Source: Eledone cirrhosa (Eukaryota). Taken from it: a DNA stretch of 64,000 bases. The notes beneath the pieces were generated by a model. It ran no database searches. It saw only the letters and a list, made by a program, of their open reading frames with translations, and was not told where the DNA came from. Shown piece by piece: positions 1 to 11,626 of the stretch. Location: positions 309,008,001 to 309,072,000 of the forward strand of contig OZ024742.1 in NCBI GenBank assembly GCA_964016885.1, read 5' to 3'. A program made the position numbers and the translations under genes. Each line of letters opens with the position of its first letter. Positions within the stretch are counted from its first letter, which is position 1.

Positions 1-39
1 GAGAGAGAAGGTGGAGAGGGAAATGTGAGAGGGATAGAG

Positions 40-85
<46 letters not shown>
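1..85. repeat. (GA)n microsatellite
   Basis: Directly visible GA tract. Confidence 0.9.
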
Positions 86-87
<2 letters not shown>

Positions 88-619
88 TAGAGCTAACCAG
101 TTCATAATCACACTTTAGAATTACCTTAAGAAACTGGTGAGAAAAAGATGTCTGTAATTTATTTTTACATGTTTCTTTGTTTTCTGTTTATTTTTTATTT
201 GTTGTTTTGCTGTTTCAATGTTTAGCGATGTCTTAGATGTTCTGATCAAATGTATTTTTTAGATATGGTCAAAAATTTAAAGAGCTAATTAAAAGACACG
301 AAAATACCATTTTCTTTTGTTGTTGTTACTGTTCTTATAACTCTTTTTCGTTTTTACTTGTATTTTAATTGTATTTTTGTTTTTGTTTTTTACTGTTTCG
401 TTTCGTTGTTGTTGTTTTTTGAGTAGGGTTCGTTTTTTTGTGTTTTCAAATAACTGTTGTTTTATTATCTCCCTTTTTTAACACTTTATGCTGTGTTCTT
501 TTTTTATCAGATAGTTTTGTTTTTGTGTGTAAAAAAAAAAAGCCAATGATTTGTTATCTGTTCAACATTTTCAAACGTTGTGATGTGGTCGATTAAAACA
601 CCATGCCTACTACTAGTGT

Positions 620-935
620 CGACACAGCGTGGCCGAACGGTTAAGATGTTCGCTTTGCAGTCATTAAGTCATGGGTTCTATCCTACTGCGTGGCAACTTG
701 GGAAAGTTTCATTTGCCACAGCCTTGGATCGACTCTTGTCTTCTGAGCTTAATTGTATAGACGGATACTGTTTGGAAGCTCATCAGATTAACTGTACCTG
801 TAATTCAATGGGCCTGCTTTGTCATGTATACACAGTGTATCACACTGAATCTCCCTGAAATTACGTATCTGTGGAATGCTCAGCCACTTGTACATTAATT
901 TCATGCGCAAGCTGTTCGAAACCGACAGAGGTCCA
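620..935 (+). mobile_element. tRNA-derived SINE (degenerate)
   Basis: A-box-like gtggccgaacggttaag and B-box-like gggttctatcc, followed by a non-coding body and a low-complexity tail. Confidence 0.5.
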
Positions 936-944
936 TTCTATTCC

Positions 945-1185
945 AGCCTACTACTACTAATATTAATACTACTACTACCATCCTCCTCCATCAGTACAAC
1001 TACTACCATCACTACTACAACTACCACTCCCACCATCATCACTACTACTACCATCACAACCATCGCTAATGCTACTACTGCCATCAATATTACTATACTA
1101 CCATTAACACCATCACTAATACCACTATCATCATCACTACTACCACCACTACGTCTACCATAACCATCATCACTACTATTATGAC
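945..1185. repeat. (CTA/CCA)n low-complexity repeat
   Basis: Degenerate trinucleotide tract. Confidence 0.8.
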
Positions 1186-1559
1186 CACGTCGATAATGAA
1201 GCAATGAAGAAGCCCCCAATCAGCCATTTCACATGCTAGAAATAGCAGCCAAATTACAACTTGCCATCTCTAAACATAAGAAGGACACATTGGACAATGT
1301 AGTCTTGAATAAATATGTCTTTTGATTAGAGGTGTGTTCTTTCAGGTCTAATCTGAGGCTAGACAACAAGAACAACAATTACAAGTATGAGGATGTATCA
1401 GCTAGATAAGTAAGATATACATTGCCTATCCAGTATAAAAACGTAACTATTAATTGTTTAGTATAAAAGGTCTGTAGATTGATAGCATTAGTAGGACGTC
1501 AGGTTTTGCGTTATTTAGATACAAATGGTTCGGAAGGGAGCTAACCTAAATAAAACTTT

Positions 1560-1700
1560 GTACCTTCGGAGTTTAAATCCCGCCGAGATCAATTTTGCCG
1601 GGGGTCGATAAAATAAGTCCCAGTAAAGTAATGGGGCCCGATATAATCGGGTTCTCCCTCCACACAAATTGTTGCCCTTGTGCCAGTGTTAAGAAGAAAA
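1560..1700 (+). mobile_element. SINE family A partial copy
   Basis: gagtttaaatcccgccgag...ggggtcgataaaataag matches the reverse complement of the fuller copy at 21060-21253. Confidence 0.65.
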
Positions 1701-1790
1701 GATAATTATATAGTATGAAATATATATTATTGCCAATACATTATAATAATTGTTTCTATTTTTGGCACAAGGTCAGCAATTACTCCAGTT

Positions 1791-2055
1791 CATGGCGCCC
1801 GACCCTCTACCGATACTGCCAATCCACCGCCCTAGCATGGCGCCGACCCTCTACCGATACTGCCAATCCACCGCCCTAGCATGGCGCCCGACCCTCTACC
1901 GATACTGCCAATCCACCGCCCTAGCATGGCGCCCGACCCTCCACCGCTACTGCCAATCCACGCCCTAGCATGGCGCCCGACCCTCTACCGATACTGCCAA
2001 TCCACCGCCCTAGCATGGCGCCCGACCCTCTACCGATACTGCCAATCCACCGCCC
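1791..2055 (-). repeat. Tandem array of 6 x 44-45 bp derived from the SINE family A head
   Basis: Unit catggcgcccgaccctctaccgatactgccaatccaccgccctag repeats 6 times. The same sequence forms the 5' end of SINE copies at about 19905-19940 and 21213-21252. Confidence 0.9.
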
Positions 2056-2399
2056 TTAAACAATACATTATAATAATTCTAATTTGATACATATAATTCA
2101 TTGAATAGTTCAGTAAATCGCCCAATTAATTCCTGTTTAGCTTTGCTGTATCCTACTTCACTTAGCTATGTCTATTTCGCTAGAGTTGTTCAGTTTTTAT
2201 TTGGCTTATTTATTAGTCGGGTGAATATGTGTCCTGTATCGGCTTGTTAATTCATATCCTGTTTTATTAGGATTGTCATATTGTCTACTTCATAAATTGT
2301 GTATCTGAAATTGATAACGGTATTTGTGTGGGTGCATTTTATATCTGAGGTCTCTAAACTATCATTTTTCTCTGTGAATTAATTTGCTTTGTTGTTCCG

Positions 2400-3720
2400 T
2401 TTAAATTGGCATTGTTGTACCTTTACTGCTATTACTCCTCTTATTCAGTCATCGGATGTTTGCCGTAATTGCAGTCCGAACCAGCTTTTGAAAACTTATT
2501 TATTCAAGTATCTGCAACATGATATCAATTCATTTCATTTGTTGAGTAAATATGTGGTATTTTTCTGCAGTACACAAAAGACATATCCCGGAATATTTAT
2601 GCAAGAGGTGGTACTGCTTATTGTTGCTCAGTTTATATTTATATCTATATATTATACTCCCTTATGTCCAAAATCTTCTTCAATAAAGACGTTATGTGAC
2701 TTCTATAAATATTGCGGAGTGTATTTAGTTTGCTGTGATGATGAAGCTTGTGTCTGTTTTTCCGTATTGTACCACATTTGTCTTGTTAATTACTTCGTTT
2801 TTAGACAATTTAAAATTGGCGTGCAAGAATTTGAAATCTTGCAGCTCCATCTTCTTTCGATCAGAGACTGCTAATATCTAGATACACGGCTGTTTATGGT
2901 TTGAAGGTGCGGGCAAGAATTTGAAACGTTGCAGCTCCATCTTCTTTCGATCAGAGACTGCTAATTTCTAGATACATAGCTGTTTATGGTTTGGGGATTT
3001 TGTGCAAATGTAACTAACTTTTCTGTTGTTCCTATTGAATAGCTTGTTGTATCAGTGGTAGGTTTAGACGTGCCTGGTGGTTCATGTTAAGAAAATTTAG
3101 GAGCCATATTTGTTGATACGATTAGAATTAAAAGAAGGTTGAACCAGACAGTGTTTTCTTTTGTTTTTTGTTTTGTTTTTGTTGTTTGGGATTTGTTTCG
3201 TTTATGAGTCGTTAATATGATTGTCGATATGTATTCTAATTTACTCTTTCAACTTCATTGTAAAATGTTGTTGGCTGATCTAATATTGCCTTGTCAGATA
3301 ATATTTAGGAAATTAAGTGACTTATGTCCATGACTAGGTTCATTATTATTGATATGGGTTTATATATACAGGCATTTCGTTTTATTATTATATAAGTATA
3401 ATATTACTTTGGGATTACATAAAATGTTATGGCTACGAAATTTATTATGGGTAAGTTGGTTTGGGCATTGGCTTTTTCTAAAGTTATCTAATTTATGTTT
3501 TTTGGGAGACAGTTAATCATTCATCGCTGTATAATCCTATTCTAAATTGGTTAAATATGCTGTTTAGTTTTTCACATATAAATACTCCTACAGGCACACA
3601 CATGTCTCTGTTTCTTCGTAGCATTTCAGGCTTGTGTCGAAAAGCTGTTCGTTTTCTTTGTTGCTCAGGATTAGTTAATGTACATCTTCCACGTGCTTTT
3701 ATTACAAGTGCTTTTTCGAG
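2400..3720 (-). pseudogene. Highly decayed Penelope-like RT/GIY-YIG remnant
   Basis: Minus-strand hand translation gives IGLYSDE (cf. PLE GLYRDDGL), NTVWFN (cf. IIWFNPP) and YNKLFNRNNRKVSYIC (cf. KIFNRNTIKISYSC), broken by stops and frameshifts. Contains a 90-bp tandem duplication at 2818-2993. Confidence 0.55.
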
Positions 3721-3736
3721 CTATGGATAAAATCAA

Positions 3737-3775
<39 letters not shown>

Positions 3776-3784
<9 letters not shown>

Positions 3785-4204
3785 TAAAAAAATAATGAAT
3801 AAAACAATGAAACAGTTCCTTATATTAAACAAAAAAAGTTCATTATTTAACGATCGTTTCTAGGATATATATGTGTTAGAATTGGCATGCATATTCAACA
3901 GATCTATGTACAAAATTATACAAAATTATACAAACTATCAAGATTAAATATACATACCAAACACACATATATGCCGTCTTCAGAAATAAATTATTTCTGA
4001 AGACGGCATATATGTGTGTTTGGTATGTATATTTAATCTTGATAGTTTGTATAATTTTGTATAATTTTGTACATAGATCTGTTGAATATGCATGCCAATT
4101 CTAACACATATATATCCTAGAAACGATCGTTAAATAATGAACTTTTTTTGTTTAATATAAGGAACTGTTTCATTGTTTTATTCATTATTTTTTAAATATT
4201 TTAT
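3776..4204. repeat. Near-perfect palindrome (about 214-bp arms, centre 3990) flanked by (TA)n
   Basis: 3776-3989 is the reverse complement of 3991-4204 (…gccgtcttcagaaataa a ttatttctgaagacggc…). Confidence 0.95.
3991..4137 (+). ncRNA. Hammerhead ribozyme-like motif (mirror copy on - strand, 3843-3989)
   Basis: Stem I ttattt/aaataa; CTGAAGA; long imperfect stem II (tatatgtgt/acacatata); GAAA-C-GATC-G-TT. Confidence 0.6.
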
Positions 4205-4335
4205 CTTGACTCTGTATTCCGTTTATCTTTCACCGAAAGTGATTTTTCATTGCATCTCTTCTTTCCATGATATCCGGACTACATTGAGTTCTTCATACGG
4301 ATTGGACACTACCGTAAACTCTTGGTAGTTTTATC

Positions 4336-4395
<60 letters not shown>

Positions 4396-4498
4396 AAATT
4401 AATTTAATTAAATTAAATTAAGGGAGTCATGTCCGAGACATGCGCCATATCCACCGTAGAATAAGCTCAAAGATTCCAATGAATAGATCCGAGCATTT

Positions 4499-5106
4499 TA
4501 TATCAACTAGAAATTGATTGACATATATATATATTTAAAATAAACACATGAAACAATCACAGGGGATAATTTGTAAAGTGTGTAATCACACATAGCTAGG
4601 TAACTAATTAAAGTTTAACTAGAGCTTCAAATATTACCTTTTAATTTAATTAAATTCATTTTGGATATATACACGGCTCCTTAATTGTAGAGCTAACTCA
4701 GTTGAAAGGACTCAGCTGCTATTTATAGCTGTCAATCACCCTATTCACGCCACTGGGATGACGCTAGTATGTTGTTAGTAGTTTTAGAATTGCAACACGT
4801 GCGATGGGTCACTCGCAGATTTGTATTTGATGTGTAAACACAGATAGTTAAATCTTCCTCCTTGCTGAAGATCCGGATTTGACTACTGTGACTTTACGGA
4901 TTAATGGTGAAATATATTTCTTTAATGAAATATATACAAGGAGGATTAATCATTTTTTTAAAAGGTAATATTGAAGCTCTAGTTAAACTTTAATTAGTTA
5001 CCTACCTAGCTATGTGTGATTACACACTTTACAAATTATCCCCTGTGATTGTTTCATGTGTTTATTTTAAATATATATATATGTCAATCAATTTCTAGTT
5101 GATATA
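4499..5106. repeat. Inverted-repeat module (arms about 4499-4642 and 4960-5106)
   Basis: atatcaactagaaattgattgac…tattacctttt is the reverse complement of aaaaggtaata…gtcaatcaatttctagttgatat. Confidence 0.9.
4857..4944 (+). ncRNA. Hammerhead ribozyme motif
   Basis: Perfect 8-bp stem I cctccttg/caaggagg; CTGAAGA; branched stem II region; GAAA-TATA-TA minimal palindromic stem III. Confidence 0.7.
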
Positions 5107-6038
5107 TCTGTGTATATATAAAATTAAGTATGTGTGTGTGTCTGTGTGTCTGTGTATTACCTATAGGGGCCTACATCTTACGACCGATTTTCATGAAACT
5201 TTACAAGCTCATAGATTAGTCATCGGGGAGTGTTTTCTATATATCAGTGTATCGTTTTTTTTATTCCGGCGTCATTCTGCAGATAAAAATCGATAGGGTG
5301 GGGGGTCACCTTTTTTAGGTATCGAAAAATAAGATTTTTGGCTCTAGCTCCCACATTTTGCCACCGATTTCGTTCAAATTTTAAAGCAAAATAGAATTTA
5401 TCATTGCACATCCTTTAATGGCTTTATAATTTGCAGTTGTTGTTCAGGGACGGCGTGGCAGCCGCTTAAATATTCGAAAATATCACTTTTAGACTCAAAT
5501 TTCCACTTTTTCGGCTCTAGCTCCCTCATTAATCAACCTACTTTGTTCAAATTTTACACTACGTTACATCTGATTATTTCAAGTCTTAAAATGGCATTAC
5601 ATTTTGGATTTTTTGTTCAGCAACGGCGTGACAGTCGCTTAAATGTTCAAAAATACCACCTTTTCGCTCAAATTTCCGCCTTTTCGGCTCTAACTCCCAC
5701 ATTTTTCAACTGATTTCGTTCAAATTCGAAACTTCGGCTCCACCTCACACATAAATCAATTTATTTGGTTCAACTTTTATGCTACGATAGAACCTACCAT
5801 TGCACATCTTATAGTAGCTTTACACTTTGTATTTTTTGTTCAGGGACGGCGTGGCAGCCGTTTAACTCTTCAAAATACGATTTTTTCCACCTCCCACATA
5901 TTCCATACGATTTCACTCAACATTTCACCATTTGCTACACCTTACGACCGATTTTCAAGAAACTCGCAAAGATCAACACCTTTTCATCAAAGCAGATATT
6001 ATTTTACCTACCCAGGTAACGCTGGATACTGTTGCTAG
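5107..6038 (+). mobile_element. Non-autonomous Helitron
   Basis: Starts TC after A and ends CTAG before T. Has a subterminal hairpin (ccaggtaacgctgg), a (GT)n stretch near the 5' end and internal imperfect repeats. Confidence 0.7.
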
Positions 6039-6872
6039 TATATATATATATGTCTGATGGTAGCTAAGATGCTTCCATAGGCGGTATGCCTGTTGAGCAC
6101 TCTATGTTCTTACATAGCAGAGTGTGATATAAGATAAAACGAAAAATCAGTGATGCATCTGAACTCAATTTATTGTGTGTTACAATTGTTTCGTCAGCAG
6201 ACAGCTCGAGAGACGATCATTGTGTGGATCTGTCTAATTCTGGATCTGCAGGTTCGACGGACACTTCTAATGACTTCGGATAAAATTTTCTCACTGGGGC
6301 GTTAGCGTCAAAAAACATCCACTATTGGCTGTTGTTTTCTACGTCATCATAAATTTTGACCAACAGGTACTGTCTAACTGACCATCAGCTGTCCTTTTTT
6401 CTGCCAAACTTCAATGAATCCCTGCTGGGTTTGGTAGTTCACACGTCCGAGCACGCACTCACACACACATATATATATACACACTCACACACACGCACAC
6501 AATCATATAAATAACATCCGTACGCATATACTCCCGCTATACATACGCACCTAAAGAGAACCCATAAAGCTATAGACATACGCGTCCACAGACGCCTGCC
6601 TACATGCCCACCTATATCAACTCACACACACACACACGCACACGCAAACAGGCGCACACATGCATACGCGTATACCTATTGTATACACAAACACGTACAG
6701 ACATATACATAGACACGCACACGCACATACACACACGTGTCCATATATACAGGCACAAAAACAGACTCGCTCGCAAACATACATATATATGTATATATGT
6801 ATATATGTATATATACATATATATACACACAAACGAGCCCTTACGCTACAGTGGGTGCACGTACACACATAC

Positions 6873-7170
6873 ACACACACTGGCTCATATACACTCTTAC
6901 AAATATGCGCATATTACCTACAGGCCCACGCACGTCTACAAAGATACGTACATACATATATCTGTCTATACACAAATATGATATACACACAAAGTCATAT
7001 AAAGCTACACAATGGGTCATACACACACTGGCTCATATACACTCTTACAAATATGCGCATATTACCTACAGGCCCACGCACGTCTACAAAGATACGTACA
7101 TACATATATCTGTCTATACACAAATATGATATACACACAAAGTCATATAAAGCTACACAATGGGTCATAC
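6873..7170. repeat. 148-bp tandem duplication in CA/TA-rich sequence
   Basis: tggctcatatacactcttac… starts at 6881 and again at 7029. Confidence 0.9.
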
Positions 7171-7273
7171 AATGGGTCATACATGAAAGGATGTATCTTG
7201 TTATACACATGCACAAATATAAACAATATAACCATACACATACATCCAATCACATACATATATATATATATAC

Positions 7274-7305
<32 letters not shown>

Positions 7306-7829
7306 ATACACACACACATATATATATATATATGTACGCACACACACACATACGTAGACATATGTAAAAAAAACCTACAATATACTAAAATATACATATA
7401 ACGTCATACATTAAATGATGTATCTTGTTGTAAACATGCACATATATAAACAATATAACCATATACATACATCCATACACATACACATATACATATATAT
7501 ATTTATATATACACACATATATACATATACGCATACATATATACACACATATAAAAAAGAAATATACAATATATTAAAAATATATATATAACGTCACATA
7601 GAGATATATAAAAAAGAAGGGACGTGTATGCGTATGAGATAGTACATAGGAGGAGTATGAGATGTACACTTGGGCCTGTATACGGAGCAAATAATATGTG
7701 TTCCAAAATAGAATACATGGAGAGTCTGGATTCTTGATTGAAAAGGTACACATGTATGGGGGTACGTGGACCCGCCAAACTGGAGTATGTCACTGTGGTT
7801 GAGGTATGTTGTCCTATAGGTGTAAGATA

Positions 7830-9106
7830 AATTTCTTTATTAGCCACAAGGGCACAAAAGAATGGGACAAATACAAATGGGGAGTTTACATACAGATATA
7901 TGAAAATAAAACTATTAACAAAATAACAAATAACAATTGAAATCCCCAATAGGGGGGAGGCGTTACACAGGGGTTGTACACACCCCGAAAAAATGTACAA
8001 CCCTCATCTCCAGGAGCACCAAGAGTGAGTACTCCCTTCCTCTCTTCCTCTTTTTCCTCAATCTACAGGCTTATATAGAGAGAAGGCCCAACCACTCGGG
8101 CCATCTTTGCCACATTCACCCACCTTTTATAAAATTTGCTGGGGTACAGCACCTCTCTCTCCATCCTGATTCTTCTTCCAAAATGATATTTGAAAAAACG
8201 AATCAGTTCCTCGCCGGAGAGAAAGGTGTCTGACCTCAGTCCTTTTAACCTCGTCCACCATATAACCTCTTTCACCATAGCCATAACACATAGGAAAACC
8301 GCCTCTCCCTCGTTTTTGAAGGAGGGTGGCGGTTTGATCATGACAATGACTCGGTGGATTGGTCCCACCCGCGACAATAGTCGTTCTACATAGCCCCACA
8401 GGTCGGTAACGCCCGGGCAGTGTACAAATGCGTGTGCAACGGTTTCCTCGTCGCGCACGCATCTCGGACAGATATTTTTCGAAGGGTCCCTACCCGGGCG
8501 CCGGTGTCTGTAGAGCTTGTCTCGAACTGGTAGAGCTCCTCGGTAGCACTTCCAGGCCAGGGACTTTTGGAAGTTGTCCATTGGTCCCGGGCGGAAGGTC
8601 CTACCGAACAGACTGGCCAGTTCGTCCTCCTCTGCGCCTAGAGTTTTTCCGAGCGTGTCGTCGCACTTGCTGCGGACCAACCCTCTATAGAATGTCGAAG
8701 TGGAATCTCCACTGATCGCCGGGTCCGTTTGCCAGAGGACTGTGAGCGCCTGAGCACATTCGATGTGACAGTCGCCCATTTTCCTCGGTCTTTGCTTGAC
8801 CCAGGACTGCAGCTCGGTCAGCGAGACGAGTCGTGGGAAGGCTCGCCTCACGAACGGGGCCCACACCGATTGCCTAGTGAGGAATACGTGGAGGTGCCGC
8901 AGCCTGTATTTGCGCATCGTCAGGCACGGTTTCCCAGCCCTCCGTTTGAAGGGTGTTGGCAGCAGATGGATCTTCTCACCAAAGGAGCCCGTTTCTTCCA
9001 AAGGAATTGGAAGAGCTCACGCTCCATTTTGGTGAGCGTTTTGGCTGGACAAGGGTAGTAGATGACGGACGCTATAAAAGTGTTCGCCACCTCCGCTCGA
9101 CCTACA
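7830..9106 (-). mobile_element. 5'-truncated L1/Tx1-group LINE with 17-bp target-site duplication
   Basis: ORF 8063-9001 has the zf-RVT-type CPRC..ETVAHAFVHC motif, and the 3' end reads aataaagaaat. CCTATAGGTGTAAGATA occurs at 7813-7829 and 9107-9123. Confidence 0.85.
8063..9001 (-). CDS. L1/Tx1 ORF2 C-terminal fragment (zinc-binding domain)
   Basis: LAWKCYRGALPVRDKL…CPRC…ETVAHAFVHC…LW motif. Confidence 0.8.
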   Translation of the reverse strand: MEETGSFGEKIHLLPTPFKRRAGKPCLTMRKYRLRHLHVFLTRQSVWAPFVRRAFPRLVSLTELQSWVKQRPRKMGDCHIECAQALTVLWQTDPAISGDSTSTFYRGLVRSKCDDTLGKTLGAEEDELASLFGRTFRPGPMDNFQKSLAWKCYRGALPVRDKLYRHRRPGRDPSKNICPRCVRDEETVAHAFVHCPGVTDLWGYVERLLSRVGPIHRVIVMIKPPPSFKNEGEAVFLCVMAMVKEVIWWTRLKGLRSDTFLSGEELIRFFKYHFGRRIRMEREVLYPSKFYKRWVNVAKMARVVGPSLYISL

Positions 9107-9323
9107 CCTATAGGTGTAAGATATTTGACTGAAAGTCAGTGGAATCCGGGTCAACCTGTCCCGGATCAGGCGATGTTCTTGCCTAAGGTGACGTGCAGAG
9201 TCGAGTATACATCATGGGTTATTTTGGTTTACCCCACGGGGCATATACTGTCGTCAGGGAATGGTGTCTGATCCCTTGAACCCGTTTCGCCGCTCTGGTC
9301 GGCGTGCGCTCCGCCGCATGCCT

Positions 9324-9683
9324 TTAGCCTGTGCTTCCCAGTGGATCCCATGCGGAGAGTGTGCACCTTCTCTGGTGTCTGCACATCATGATTATTTCCG
9401 ATTTCAGGTTGACCGCATCATCCTTCAGTCTGACTATCTCCATGGCCTCGTATAGGCATAGGCTACACTTTCTACTTCCAGCCGAGTATGCATTCGCGTG
9501 CCGAACGATACTCCAGTCAAGGGCGGACGGGGTGCCCTTGTCCTTCAAGTCCCACACCAGGTCCGCTAGCCTAGTAGAGTGCCTCTTACTGCGGTCCTTG
9601 AAAGAGTTCGTTTGGTTATACATCCGCGATTTAAAGGTCGTGGATGTTGCGCCGATGTAGGTGCGCTTTATATTGTTCGCCAA
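9324..9683 (-). CDS. Penelope-type GIY-YIG endonuclease C-terminal fragment
   Basis: YIGAT..TFKSR, STRLADLVW, CSLCLYE..I and NLKSE...CRH motifs typical of PLE endonucleases. Confidence 0.85.
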   Translation of the reverse strand: MANNIKRTYIGATSTTFKSRMYNQTNSFKDRSKRHSTRLADLVWDLKDKGTPSALDWSIVRHANAYSAGSRKCSLCLYEAMEIVRLKDDAVNLKSEIIMMCRHQRRCTLSAWDPLGSTG

Positions 9684-9755
9684 TAGCAGAACGAGCGAAG
9701 AGGATGTTTTTTTACGCTAACACCAGTGAGAATATTTTATCCGAAGTCATTAGAA

Positions 9756-9843
9756 GTGTCCGTCGAACCTGCAGATCCAGAATCAGACAGATCCACACAA
9801 TGATCGTGTCTCGAGCTGTCTGCCGGCGAAACAATTGTAACAC
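9756..9843 (+). ncRNA. Variant hammerhead-like motif in the PLE pseudo-LTR (second copy 6177-6264, - strand)
   Basis: Stem I gtgt/acac; core CCGTCGA; stem II cctgcaga/tctgccgg; GAAA-C-AATT-G-TA. Confidence 0.45.
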
Positions 9844-10104
9844 ACAATAAATTGAGTTCAGATGCATCACTGAATAATAAATGTGAAGACTAAAATCCAA
9901 AGAGGGTCGATAAGGATAAACTTTAATCTGTTATTTTAATAAATATATATATATATATCCAGGGAGTGTAACGCGAAGTTATTGTAGGTTCACCCATGTT
10001 AGCACTCGATGTTTAGGTTCACGTCAGTAGCGAGATGTATAGCTAGATAGAGTGTAATATAATAATACAAGGACGATTTGTTAAACTTTCATTACGTTTA
10101 TTGA

Positions 10105-10138
10105 TTGGTGACGCACGTTTCGCTATTCATCAGCTCAA
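10105..10138 (-). ncRNA. Minimal, degenerate hammerhead-like motif
   Basis: CTGATGA-atagc-GAAA-C-GTGC-G-TC. Stems I and II are poorly paired. Confidence 0.4.
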
Positions 10139-10193
10139 GGTTCTATCAGTATGCATCTGGCCCGACTCTGGAATCAAAAGCTCGTCGGACCTC

Positions 10194-10247
<54 letters not shown>

Positions 10248-10336
10248 GTAGGAGGTGAGTTTTATTGTAGCACAATAAAGCAATGCAAATATCGGATAAG
10301 TAGCACTCAACAGTTTATAGGACTGGAGTATAAATA

Positions 10337-10688
10337 ATATAAAATCAAAAGATGGTTAAAAGAGTTCCATGTATTTTATTATGCGCATTTCAAAAACAAA
10401 TATCATCACGGGATGATATTTGCGTTCTCATCAGATAAAATAGGGAGACATGATATGAAGCTTAAAAAACACTTGCGAGCAGTGAAGTGTTAAATCAACA
10501 TAATTTATGTTGATTATATATATATGTTGATTTAACACTTCACTGCTCGCAAGTGTTTTTTAAGCTTCATATCATGTCTCCCTATTTTATCTGATGAGAA
10601 CGCAAATATTATCCCATGATGATATTTGTTTTTGAAATGCGCATAATAACATACATGGAACTCTTTTAACCATCTTTTGATTTTATAT
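10337..10688. repeat. Palindromic module (about 165-bp arms) between (TA)n tracts
   Basis: 10337-10502 is the reverse complement of about 10523-10688, with a few mismatches. Confidence 0.92.
10374..10440 (-). ncRNA. Hammerhead ribozyme (mirror copy on + strand, 10585-10649)
   Basis: Stem I ttttat/ataaaa; CTGATGA; about 16-bp stem II gaacgcaaatatcatc/gatgatatttgttttt; GAAA-T-GCGC-A-TA. Confidence 0.8.
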
Positions 10689-10869
10689 ATATATATATAT
10701 ATAAATATATATGTATGTATAACAGTTAAAACTAAGATTTTTCACCACCGTCACTCCGAATTTCGTATTCCTACTTTTCGCCAGGACGGACCTATTTATA
10801 TATATATATGTGTGCGTGTGTGTGTGTGTGTCCTGCCAAAAAGTGAGACTGCATGCATACATACATACA

Positions 10870-11481
10870 TGGTGACTGCCAACTCGTTTTCGAGTACGGC
10901 CACTACTTTATATCCATGTAGGAGAACCCCTACCGATGCGCTGAACGAGTGTGACGTTTTAGTTCAGCCAGCGACTTGAAAACTCTGGTACAAACACTAC
11001 ACTTGTGACAATTATTGACACATAGTGCTGGGCCCATGGTACAATGTGACGACAAGTGCAGTGAGATCTCCAGATATAAAGCAATGCCTGTGCCATGAAG
11101 CTTTTATAGTGAGCAAAGGCACTGCACAAAGCCAGTCCCACTCTCTTAACCAAGATGATATTTACCAAAAAGAAGAACAAGTCAACATCATTGGATACCA
11201 TCAGAGTTGCAGGTGTTATATCCGAGTTTTCCTTCTCCTAGAATTCTGCCTTGACAAAGGCTAAAGGGTCATCTCTCCCGCTGATTTTGGATGGCCATTG
11301 ACTCTTAAGAGCTCCTTTGCCCTTTGAAAGGTTTTGTTTTTAGTCCTGCAGGATGTCCAAAGTCCCCCTCCTCACCAAGAAACCTTGGTGGGGTTGCCAG
11401 TTTAGTCGCCAACGACCCGACCATGAGACAGGTTGTACTGGGATACATGTTACCAGTAGCACCAACTGGTGACCTGACATT
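10870..11481. mobile_element. Unclassified non-coding interspersed repeat in (CATA)n
   Basis: Near-identical partial copy at 14520-14926. Diverged copies at about 22590-22925 and 53090-53230 share the gagttttccttctcctag motif. Confidence 0.7.
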
Positions 11482-11522
11482 CATACATACATACATACAT
11501 ACATACATACATACATACATAC

Positions 11523-11553
<31 letters not shown>

Positions 11554-11595
11554 CATACATACATACATACATACATACATACATACATACATACA

Positions 11596-11625
<30 letters not shown>

Positions 11626-11626
<1 letters not shown>

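Larger units (their letters stand above)
6050..9873 (-). mobile_element. 5'-truncated Penelope-like element with inverted pseudo-LTR, interrupted by an L1/Tx1 insertion
   Basis: GIY-YIG ORF at 9324-9683. Segment 6147-6320 is an inverted copy of 9702-9873. (TA)n lies on both flanks. Confidence 0.7.

Noticed and set aside
1791-2055. CRISPR-like array
   Set aside because: There are no unique spacers and no cas genes, the context is eukaryotic, and the unit is a SINE head.
6604-7401. Multiple overlapping His/Thr/Tyr/Ile-rich ORFs
   Set aside because: Translations of CA/TA microsatellite-rich DNA.
10747-10788. Hammerhead-like fold on - strand (ccgtc/gacgg, CTGGCGA, GAAA)
   Set aside because: A6 is altered and there is no proper UH site; too degenerate to call.
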